Source: Catajapyx aquilonaris (lineage: Eukaryota). From it: 63,682 nucleotides of DNA. Positions within the stretch are counted from its first letter, which is position 1. The number at the start of each line of letters is the position of its first letter. The stretch is taken from NCBI GenBank assembly GCA_000934665.2, contig KZ538533.1, forward strand, positions 1 through 63,682. The letters run 5' to 3'. This document shows, one piece after another, positions 35,903 through 47,800 of this stretch. The position numbers and the translations under genes are program-made. The notes beneath the pieces were generated by a model. It was not told where the DNA came from. It did not search any database and worked only from the letters and a program-made list of their open reading frames with translations.

Positions 35903-38900
35903 TTGTCATCGTGTCCAAAATAGTTGCAATTGAGCTCAAAAAAACACAATGCGCCAAAGTCAACACCTAACAGAAAATAGCACACGTGAGTACATGTGGT
36001 TGCCTACATACCAGGATATGCCAATTTTTCTCTCAGGACTTTTGCAAACGAGAACGCAAAAAGTAGGCGGAAATCCCAGCAAAAGAAAAGGACAACCGCG
36101 GATAAGTATCATTTGGTATCATGCAGACTTGAGAAAATCTATGGCATTAAGTACCTAGAGGGAGGGGAGGAAGTAGGCCTTTCGTGTCTCTGGATGCTGG
36201 GAAAAATTTTGCTGGCCATCATTCATTGGCGAAATATATATATATTTTTTGTGACCAAACAAAAAAAAGGGTCACTCCGCCCAAAAATTGCGCGTTGTTT
36301 TGTTAGTATATATGACATGCGTAGTGGGTGGCAAATTCAACGATTTTTCGTAGAATCTAATGGAATATTAAAAGGGGCGTTTTCCCTTAGTTTCACAGGA
36401 AAAGGGGAATCTTCTATTCGCGGAAAATTAAATTTTTCCGTTAGTTTATATCTTATCATAGTGTCAGGAAATGGAGCTCAAATGACCTGGTAGAAGGATA
36501 TTCCTGGTAACACCCTAACATGCAAGACACATTGAGTTCAGCAATATTTTTGGACAAATTTTTTTGCCATTTTCTCTCATTGCTTTTGCCACCCCATCAT
36601 TTTCAAACCACACACGCAACTTCTTAAAAAATACAATTTTTTTTTTCAAAAAAACATTCTCACGTCCTTTTTGTCAATTTCGCAACCAGCTTTCACCACC
36701 GGCTTTCATTTGTACGAATTAGCTGATTTTTTTTTTATTTTAAATTATTGCAAAAATTCCATATATTTCAGCTCCACAAACAGGTATATTAATACCAGTA
36801 TGACTTACTGCTTACATCAATATTGAATTACTTACATTGTTACACAATAGGTGAGTCAAAACCCAGCTCTGATTTCGACGAACTTCCCCGACCTTGGAGG
36901 TCAGCTGGAGGTCCGAATGACCACTGGACACCGTTGTTCCCGGACCGACCAATAAATTCCAAGCATAACCTCGACGGTTCAGTGGGAAAGCCTGGGGAAT
37001 GTCGTTCGTAGAACCTGCTTAGTGTGAATCATACCACGTGACATTGGCACAGCTTGGGGTTCATTGATCACCCCCAAAGCAGGATATGGGTACCGGCATA
37101 GGATGGATTCAATATTTATTACAAACCACGTGGTCACACACATTTTCTAAGCAATTTGTACTTGTACGTACTATAAGCAGCAGTTATTGATATTAATGTA
37201 TCCCTTTTAGCTACGTATGACCAGATTTTTTTTCTCAGAATTTTTTGAACTCGTATATCCGCCGGTACATTGATTTAATATTATGTAACATTTGGGGGGG
37301 GGGGGNNNNNNNNNNNNNNGGAATATCAGCGCTTAGAGGCTTCACCTATATGAACGCTTTAATAAATGTTGCAACGATGGGTCCTTTTTAGAAGCAACCT
37401 TGAGCTAAGCAAGAGCAAGGTAATCAACTGAGGAGCCATTTTTTGTTCTCTAAAAATGAAGGGGGGGTAAGATCGATCCGAAAAAGAAAAAAAAAAATCT
37501 CAAGACCATTATGAGGGCCTCAGCAAAGACACAATTCCCATCAAAAAATCTAGCATTGCGAAATGAACACTAATTACTATTTTTACATATATCAATAATT
37601 TTTGGTTTCATGGAAAGTGAAAGGGCGATAATTATGGGAGAAAGGAGGCTACTGGTCTTGCCATATTCTTTATTTTGTGTGCGAAACGAAATAAAGTTTC
37701 ACTCCAGTTTCGGTGGGATGGATCGATGGCCCATATTATACTCCCCAACACCTCCACCCCCTGCCTTGTCACAATGAGTCTATTAGATTGTGAGTCACCC
37801 ACCGCCATTCATGGAAATTAATTATCGGTGCCGAAAAATGGATGAATCATGGGCGAAAGGGATTCTGGGTATCCAAAGATGTCGTGACATCAAATTGGAC
37901 ATGATAATTTCGTTTTACAAAATATTTTGTATTTTTTTTTCACTGAAATGCATTTTCTTCAAAACTGTAGCCTATGTATTTTCCTGTATGTATTTTTTCA
38001 AAAGTATTTTTTTTCCCCGAAAAGGTCCGTCACAACAATGGTGTCAGATGTGGATGTGCGGGATCAGTCGAAATTCATAAGTGCAAATATTTGTATACAT
38101 ATTTTTTGAATTTATTTACATACGCTAATTTATGCACATTTATTGCACACTTGTTCATGATTAGCCGTATCAGCAACTTCCGCCCACATTTCCGGCTATA
38201 TTGTCCCATATATTGTCTGAAAATTATATAATATAAAAATCCGGCGCCCTGTCACGTGTGTGGGATGTTGGCACGTTGTCTGCACGTCCAGAGATGAACA
38301 TGCTGATGTTTCTCACACACATTAACACGCATGTGAAACCACGCCCCCACACGCCAACCCACATATGCTGCATACCGATTAGCCCAGCAGACACCAGAAA
38401 TATGCACCTTGCGTAAGTGCCGAATATTACGGTAACTCCATCGTTTTTGACTCAAACTTTGTGTCAATTTGAGATCCTTTAATGTCAACGAAAGTACTAT
38501 TTTTTATAGGTTCTTACATGACGTTACGGCTTCTGAAGGATCTCATCCGGGATCTCTCGCTTGACTGATCGGGGAAGCCCAAAAACCAAGGACGTAAACA
38601 CCCTTTTTATATACTTTAATTTCAACATCCATTTTTTTAAATTCACTAACTAATTCCGTTACTAACCACACTATTTTAGTCTATGCCAATAATAGTTTTT
38701 GCGCGGAATATTGAACCCATTTTTTTCTCTCTATACAACTACAGGGTGTTCCCATAGGTCCCCATCTAATTGTAGTACAGACGGAACTGGAGACTGAGCC
38801 AAATTGTAACACACAGATTGCCTCATAAATTACGTCACCAGATTTACGAGTTTTTCTCACAGCTTCCGGCTAATTGTGCGGTAGGTCACATCTTGTTCTG

Positions 38901-39042
38901 AGAGACCTCCGTGACAAACTCGCAGGTATTTCCCATCATTCCTATACTGCCAACAGGGTGTCTAAGAAGTATGTTGATGAGTAACTCTAAATGTCTTCAG
39001 TTGTTCGCCATTCAGGTGTTCGCAGTTCAGATGTGCGCCGCG

Positions 39043-39310
39043 CCGTTCAGCGGTCTTACCTTATACTTAGGCCTATACTTACCTTATACTCCGGAGTATA
39101 AGGTAAGTATACCTTATACTTACCTTATACTTATACTTACCTTATACTCCGGAGTATAAGGTAAGTATACCTTATACTTACCTTATACTTATACTTACCT
39201 TATACTCCGGAGTATAAGGTAAGTATACCTTATACTTACCTTATACTTATACTTACCTTATACTCCGGAGTATAAGGTAAGTATAAGTATAAGGTAAGAC
39301 CGCTGAACGG
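39043..39310. repeat. TIR-bounded tandem array with a 58-bp period, each unit containing a 38-bp perfect palindrome
   Basis: CCGG centres at 39091, 39149, 39207 and 39265. Palindrome TATACTTACCTTATACTCCGGAGTATAAGGTAAGTATA. Outer inverted ends CCGTTCAGCGGTCTTACC / GGTAAGACCGCTGAACGG. Confidence 0.92.
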
Positions 39311-40647
39311 TTGTTAAGACGATTGTTAAGAAAATGGGCCTTCCTCACCCATTTTCTTAACAATCGTCCTTGCTAGTTCTGAGAAAACATTGTTATAAGT
39401 TCCATCAATCTGTGTGGTCCGATTTACTTTGGGCCCGGTTTTTTGTTATCGTCTATGGTCCGTGGGTGGGTTTAAAAAAGCGGCTCTTTTGAGCTGCGTC
39501 ATGGCCAGACGACCTAGTGCAAACAAGTGCAAGTCCAGTGGTGGCGAAGCCCAGAGGGCTTCGTGCCCTCACACTTCTCTATTATTTTCTACTCACGCGA
39601 TGCCGGGAAAACTTGCTAGTTCAAATTACACCTCTTTATAGAACTTTCCCCATATCTTGGGGTAGTTTTTTCTTCAAACTCTCCCGGGCCTTTTATCCAA
39701 CCAATTATTTCCAATCTAACCTTGTCACATTCACTTTACAAACTGTAATACAAATGAGGCTTGTTTTTGCAAGATCAATTGCCACGCCTTTGGGGTTTTT
39801 TTTGCAGGTTTTTTTACAGGTTGAGGAATAAGTAGATTTAAAATGTTTTCACAAACAGTTGATTATTAGATAATTTTTTTCAAACAAAAATTATTATGGG
39901 GCATAATCCATAATGGGTTTGAAGATCATGTAGGCTAAATTTTATTGCTGAAAATGTCAACATACAGGGTGCACCTAGCTGATAATGACATCAGTACAGC
40001 AACACACACTATTAGTTTAAAGAATGTACTATGCTCACATACAATAACTGACAAGCAATGTCGAAAGTGGTTGAAATTTTGTGTACTGTAATTCGCATCA
40101 GGTGCACCAGTAGCACCCTGTAACAGCAATATAACTTGAATTTAAGCAATAGGACAGTTGTATCAGGAAAATATCTCAATTCCCGAACAAAACCGGTTAG
40201 AAAATCATGGGGGTTTTTACTACATAAACCGCAATCGAGAAATTCCGTAAAAGCTACAAATAAAAATTTAATAGCAACTGCCAATTAAATATTACCTAGA
40301 AAACTTATGAACAGATATTACCGTTAGTAGGTAACAGGCAAGTAACATGACTCACCAAATGGTGTACACACAACTCCTTTTTTGAGAACATCTAAGCAAA
40401 CGGTACTGTATTAATAGCTCTTCATTCATCGGTCCATGGTTGGCTCGTTGTTCTTAAAAAATGCAGTAAGTTGTATGCTTCTTTGGAATTCCAGAAGATT
40501 CCGCAGAAATATTGATCCTTTTGACTCACACCGGAAGCCGCCATGGAATTTCCCCAAACGAAACCCATTGATCCCTACATTCTTACAGTGTTAGCTCAGG
40601 CAGCTCAGGTAATCATTGATTTCCACTACTGGTACATATAACACATG

Positions 40648-40735
40648 TACTGCTAGCGACATTTCCCGATGTGGCAGACATGCAACGAGCCGTGCGAGTA
40701 AGAAGAGGTAGGCCTTGAGTGACGTCACGCACTGT
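40648..40735. mobile_element. MITE family B, single-arm fragment
   Basis: TACTGCTAGCGACATTTCC...CCGTGCGAGTAAGAAGAGGTAGGCCTTGAGTGACGTCAC matches the arms at 25480 and 45592. Confidence 0.7.
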
Positions 40736-41891
40736 GCTGCCTCTGGCGAACTTTACAGAACTAATGCGTAATATGTTGCGTAACTTGTCCGCATATCGGG
40801 CGCGGATATGAGGCGACAAAAATTATGAATGGTGGCAGAGATAAAGGTTAATTCGGCTTTAGGTCAAGGAGGGTTGTAACAAGTTTTCCGTTCGTTGCCG
40901 ATAAGATGGCCTTATGACCTTCATTTAATAGGCTCGGGTCAAGGTGACCAGAGGGCTTCAATTTTCAGAAACTGGCAAGAGGGATGCCACGTTTATTACG
41001 ATCATTTCCTTGTCTTTCACGAACTAAGTGCAGGTTAATGCACACTTTTGTGCACCGGGTCTTGCACGCAAGGCGAGGATGCTGCTTAGCTCACTTCTTG
41101 CTGCAACATGCACTGTGTAACAACAAGTTTGCGATTCAGGATGTCAAGTAGAGCGAAAACTACACAGCGATAAAAGTGGTCGCCAATAAACACGACAAAA
41201 CAGACGGAAATTTAGGTCGGGCAGTTTTGCATTTTAATTACGGCAGATATGGTGTCAAGGCGGCTACTTTAGTGAGGGGGGGCTTAAATTCGGCCTATTT
41301 CTGCCGCCGAAGTTTGGCCACTATGGGGATATTTAACGTGCACCCGCTTATTCCATGAGTTACGTTGTTTCAAGTAACGCGCCATTTTTTTAAATATTTG
41401 AAGTAGTTCCAGTATCGCCGGTAGATGCCACCACATCCTTGCAGTCCTCAATTGACTTTCCGCCTTGCCCTGCCATCTGGTGGCCCTTGTCTTGTGCAAA
41501 CTGACTGTAGCAAGATGGCGTCTTAAAGCTCGATCTATTGCATAGTCCTTGCCGTATGAAGCCACCCACCCACCCTCACCCTGGTCCCTCCCGTGATCCC
41601 CGAGTAGGCAGGCAACCAGGCGGACTTGCGTGCGGGGCTGCCCTGGCTGGCTGGCTGGGTAGATGGGAAATGGCGGCCGGGGTGGGCTGGGTCCGAGGTG
41701 GCGGCGGGAGCGGGAGGAGGGACTAGGCCGGCTTTCCTCTTCATCTGCTGCTCGGACAGGAGGGGCCGGGGACTAGCTGGCGGGACCGGCCCACCCGCCC
41801 CACAAGCACATCGAAAGGAAGGAACGGCCGTTGTGTGTAGTTCAAGTGCGGGACATTAGGAGGACAGAGGAGGGTGTCGTCCGAGTGGAGG

Positions 41892-44800
41892 ATGACAGCT
41901 GGGCCGGAGGGAAGGAGGATGGTGGCCCAACTGTGCTGCTGGGCCGTCGTCGTCTTGTTGGCCACTCACGCTGGTAAGTGCTTGCCTTGCAACCATCGTT
42001 CAACAAAACATGGCAGTGTGGTGTGCCTGCCAACCCCATGCACGACATGATACATCCCCAGTGCCATAAGGGAACACCTGCCGTTCACCCTTTGCCAGCC
42101 ATGCACATCAAAAGGCTGCCTTGGGATTACCTGCAGGTGTATGGGGCAGATCCGTAATTAAGACACTTCATTTCAATTTCAAGGCCAACTGGCCTAATTC
42201 CATAGAACAATGCAGGATGTTGCAGTTTAGTTAATTTCATACTGGCAATAACCTGCTGCGGAGCAGTTTCTTGTAAGAGGAGCTGCACAGATACCGCCTC
42301 TTATGCGTCGTTGTTGACCAGCCAGTAATAGCCGAGACAATTTTTAAAAAAATGATGCCCCTAGGCATGCAACTCTATGTGATTGCCACCCAGTTGCCAC
42401 CTCAGGGTATTGGGACTGAGTCTTCCCTTATCCTGTCAGTGTCACCTTACAGCTTACTCCACGCCACAAAAGACCCCCAGAGGAGTCCTTCTCCATTCCC
42501 TCCCTCCCTAGCCCTGCTCATTCCCCCCTTTCCCTCCTCCTAATTAATACAACACTTCAATCCAACCACATGTGAATATGCATCTCTCACATTAATATTC
42601 CTGCGAGTACCATGTTTTGGTTGACCTACTGTACCTCTCTCCTGTCAATCATATTGGAGACAAACGTTGCCTATGTTGTAGGATAATATGCCCTGTGGGT
42701 TGCAGGTCATACCTAGGTGTCATTTTGCAATCACAAGTGCCTGTTGTTCAGTTGTTATATTGGTCTTATAACCATGGAATCATGCATCACCTGACTGCCC
42801 TTTTTAAAGAGAAGGTAGTGCTGCTTGTCATTTGCATAACCGAAAAATTGCATCTGGATAATGACTGATTGGGCGATTTTCTATGATGCTCTTCTGCCCC
42901 AATTACAGTACTCTCAATCAGAGTGATTTATTTATTTCCATTCATATGGAGGTTGAATTTATGGTTCACAGATCATGGGTCTATTGGCATGAATTTAAAG
43001 ATTATCAGATTGAACGTCACAGTGATGGCATCATTTATTATTGTGTATTTTTGTTATGTCTTTAATGTGGGTTAGTAATATAAATGCTGAATTCATCAGT
43101 TGCGGGAGGTTATGTCAACTAGGCAGAACATAAGTAGACTGTGACCTTTAACATGTGTTGAAAGTGGAAGGAAGTAAGAGTGTGCCATTTAAGTCTTGGG
43201 CATCCGAGAATGGCTTATCAGTGTGAACTAGATGTTGGACTATTTATGCCTATCAAAACCACAGGAGTGGGGTTGATAAGCCTATGATGTGAGCACAATT
43301 GGATGTCATCATCTTCACCGGAACAGTCCCTTTTCCACTGACCGTTTCGGTTAGCAAAGAACCATCCATGATGAGGTTGAAGTATTTTTAGTTATTTACA
43401 ATGTCATATATTGATGGAATACTTGAGAGGGATACACTGTCAATCAAGAAGTCATTGACTTGTATAGGGTAGGTTTTTGTCAATAGAAGAAAATATTTTT
43501 GGCATGCTGCGTGGTTTTGTGCCTTTGTCAAGGCAGTTTTGGCTTCTTTTCAAGGACTGGACGATGTTCAGCATAATCGTGTTTTTTGTCACATTTTTTG
43601 TCGTGTTTGATATAAGCGGCAGCTGCTGGATGACTCCCGTGCATTTTACCAGGACATGCCACATTTGCACAAGAATTGTGGCAAGATTTAATTTGTTTGT
43701 AGAGTTGCAGGCATGATAAATGGAATAAACTTGGTATCACTTTTGTGTGTGTGTGGCAGTATGTGAGGTATTAAAAAGGCCAGCGGCAATTTCCTGTTCA
43801 CCTTGAACAGTATCCCAGAATCACATTGTGCAACAAGAGCATGGGAAATTGCAGAATTTATTTGGAAGCTATTTTATACAAATCTGATATAATGAGAGAT
43901 TGCCCCTTTCAAACCGCTCCATAAAGCTGGACCATTACTTGTGTGGTAGGTGAATAAAGGCAAATATGCAGATGTGTAGACAAAGCATAGTTTTCTTGGC
44001 CATCACTCATACAGGGTGAGGCTTCATGACATGCCTACATTTGCTGCCGTCAATTTAAATGAATGCTCCTTGTAAATGTGTGTAGGGCTGCATTCCTACA
44101 TACTCAGAGAGTAACAAACTAAGGCGTCATCACACCAAATAATGGCCACTGAAAGTGTAGAAAATAGTAATACATGTGCAGGGTACAGCACCATTATTTG
44201 ACATGGAAAGGTAAAGCAACTGCAATCCTGAAATAAGTTATATTTTCGATATATCTGAATTTTGAATTTTGTCTCCAGTGTTATAACAATAATTGGTGAA
44301 ACTTACTTACAAAAGTAGAAATGGCAATGTCATATTTGCAGAGCTTTACAAAGATTTAAAAACACTGCTAAGAATCTGGTTTCCTTACAATTAGGCATTT
44401 TGGTTTCTTATATTTTTCTCCTCCTTTGAACATACAGTGGTATTTTGGAAAAGGGACATCAAATTAAGAGCAGTACTACCTGCTCAGTATGATTATGTGC
44501 TCTGTTCAGCCTGTGAGAGTGACTAATTCATGATCAATACTGACATTTCAGGTGGGGTGGATATCACAACTGTGCAGGTCTTGGGTCCTTCTTCGGAGGT
44601 GGGTGAATGTGCAGACGTGACCTTAGCTTGCCAGGCGACTCCATGCAATGCTACGTTGTGGTGGAGCCTGCGTGGGGTCAACCTGACCGGGAGCTTTACC
44701 TCCCCCTGTCCAGCAGAGGAAGTGGAAAACGGGGTGTCGTCCTTCTCTGCTGTTCAGGAAGGATTAGTGGGAGATGGTCCTGACTGGCAGGGGGTGGAAT

Positions 44801-47800
44801 CCACTCTGCTGCTCAACTGCACTCATGTGACACAGGCTGGGAATTACACCTGTCATGCTGCCGACCCCGATGGGGAAGATGTTCAAGAGAGGGCTGTGGA
44901 GCTGTGGGTCAAAGGTAGGATCAATTATAAATGTTAGCTGAAACTTGCTGGGCTTTGCAGACTTGGGCAAGGCAGGAGCCGGCAAAACTGAGTTACTGTC
45001 TGTTGGCTTCTGCTGTTGTAGTGCGTAAATTGGCCAATAAAATTACGGTGAATTACTGTATAAATACAAATCAAATGTGCAAAAAGTTGTACCAAATCAA
45101 TTTCAATTTATTAACTGCATCAATGCAGGGAGGGACCACACTCACTTTACATTTGAGAAACAACAATTATACAGAGAAGGCTCTGGCCTCAACCAATCAG
45201 GCAAATTGCCCCTGCCCTCTTCACATTCTTTTAGAGCCTTGTCTTACCTTACATTGTTTTAGGGGTGGGGACTAGACATACTTGAGAAAAAAGAGGAAGG
45301 AAATCTCCATTAGAGCAGGGGTTTGCACACTCCTGTGTTTGATCCTTATAGAACGAAGGAAGTAGGAAGTGCATAGATACAGTTTTACAAATTAGCATGC
45401 CATTTGGCCACATACACCAGGTAATAGAACAGTGTTTTAATGTGCCTAATGTGCTCTTTTGGCCGAGTATCAAACAATAAGATAAAGCCATTTCTAGGGA
45501 CTTGGGGAAAATTTTTGAGATAGGAATTTCTTCCACCTGAGAACATTGGACATTCGTATATGATATGGTAGTTGTGGACATTAATTCCGTCATACTCCTA
45601 GCGACATTTTCCATTGTAGGAGACGTGCAAATCAAAGTGATAGAGTGCAAGCCATGCGAGTAAGAAATGCTAGCCCTTCAGTGATGTCACTGGCTGGGTA
45701 CGTACAAGCCTTTTCTCCATTGTCCCTCAGCCGGTGATGTCACTCAAGGCCTACCTCCTCTTACTTGCACAGATCACACTCTACCACTTCGATTACCACG
45801 TCTGCCGCATCTGAAAATTTCGCTAGCAGTATGATGGAATTAATGTCCAGCACTGTACCAGTCTTCGGGTAAGTTTAAATTACATAGAGAGCAGCTTTCA
45901 GATGGATCTATCTGTACATGGCGCTTATTACCCAGAGGGATCCAATTAGCATTAGTTCTAATACTGACCAGCATCCTACTTAATGTATAGTCCATTTGTT
46001 CTACCATGTAGAAGGCTGGGAAGTATCTGTGGTTATCATAGAGGGGCTGTTTATCCAGATTGTTTTTTGATTGTTTTAAGCAATATTATAGTCATTTATA
46101 ACTTCGTTATCCATCATTACTTGCGCTAGCGTACAGAAAGTTGTACCATGTAAGCAATCAGATAAAATAATATTTTAAGATGTATCATTTTATGTCCCAG
46201 GAGTATAATTTATTGTCTCATTTGAAATGTTCACTGTATGTATAGATTTTTTAAAACTCCAGTCAACTCCTTTGCACTAGAATCTTATGCACTATGCAAG
46301 TGCATTGCAATGGAAAGAGTGTAATTTGCAAAAGAAATTAAATTTCCCACTGTTGTAAGTGTTACAGTAAGGCAGTTTCCTACGAATATTTATTGCTCCA
46401 CAGCATTTGGGGTAAATAATGGGCCTTCATCCTTGTGTTAAACATTCAAGGGTTGGTATTGATTTAGCAGGGAATTTTGGAGCTGTGGATGCTTTTTATC
46501 TTGCACATTCCCCTGAAGTCGTCATTGAACTTGCCTAAGAACTTTTAGGCCTTGAATTTGAGAAACTTGGGAAGGGGGCCTGCTGGCTGCCCAAAACTTT
46601 TTATGTAGTGGTCGCCATGAGCACGAGGAGTGCTTCAGCACAGACAAATCTTGATGAAAAGCAGCACAAAGCAACTTTGGAAAAGAAGCAATCTTATCTG
46701 AAACGCATTTAAATTATTTACACCAGCATGTGTGATGCTAATGGAGTTATGGTATTTTACAGGGTGTGAAAGCTATATTTTTAACTTCTTATTTATTTCT
46801 TTAGCAGGGCAGAAGGGGAGTTTTTGAGCCCTTGGGTGGTGAAGCCAGATGGGAAGGGAGAAACCTGGGCTTGCACAAACACTTAAGGCATATTGGACAT
46901 AAGCTAGAAGTTTATCTTTTGGTTTATTTATGCCTTATGCACTGACTCCTTATTAAACAGATATCTACATGCTGTGGGTTGCAGTTACACTTGTGTACTC
47001 TCACAGCTAGTATGACAGCCAAGCTTAGATAATTGTGTGTGGTGCACTTGTGGTTTTAATTGGTAATCTCCCGTTAAATGCAATGTGATAGGGCAAGCCA
47101 GTGACACGCATTCTTCTCCTGTAGTTCCTCTGGAAGTGATACAGCGAAACAGTTCTCATGGGAAGGTGGGGTCAAAGGCCCACCTTTCTTGCACATTTCG
47201 AGGGCATCCCCTGTCCCAGCTGGAGTGGAGGAGACTCGGCCATCCTCTCCAGCTCAAGAAGGATAAGTGAGTATTTTACACACACTTCTTGTTCGTTTTT
47301 TCTCCCTTCCCTCCCTCAGATGTCTTCACATCTGGCCCCTGTCATAAGAAACAAGCACTCATTCATTTTTTGTTGCACTTTTTTCCCTTCTTGTGGTTGG
47401 CGAAGTCTGGGGAAAGAATATCTAGCTATGTTCTCACTCTCTAGGTACAAAGTAACTGTGACCAATCTGTCTGAGGTGGAATCCATCCTGATGCTCAAGG
47501 TCGAAAATCTCAACAGGAAGGACAATGGCAGCTACCAGTGCCTTGCCAAGAATGCACGGGACAAAACCATGGCACTTGTGGACTTAATAGTGCTTGGTAT
47601 GACCAGTTTCTTGCACATGGATTCAGTAGAAATAAATGAGTCATGCAAAGGTCATTCGAATGATCACATGTGCACTACTTATGCCTAATGAGGACTTGTA
47701 GTTGTTTTGTGCACAGTGTTTTTTTGTTTGGACTTTTTTTTCTGCAGGCATTCTGTCAGCGTTTGGGGACTGTAGAATACTCTTCACCTTTCAGACAAGC

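Noticed and set aside
39043..39310. CRISPR-like regularly spaced palindromes
   Set aside because: The intervening sequences are identical rather than unique spacers, there are no cas genes, and the context is eukaryotic.
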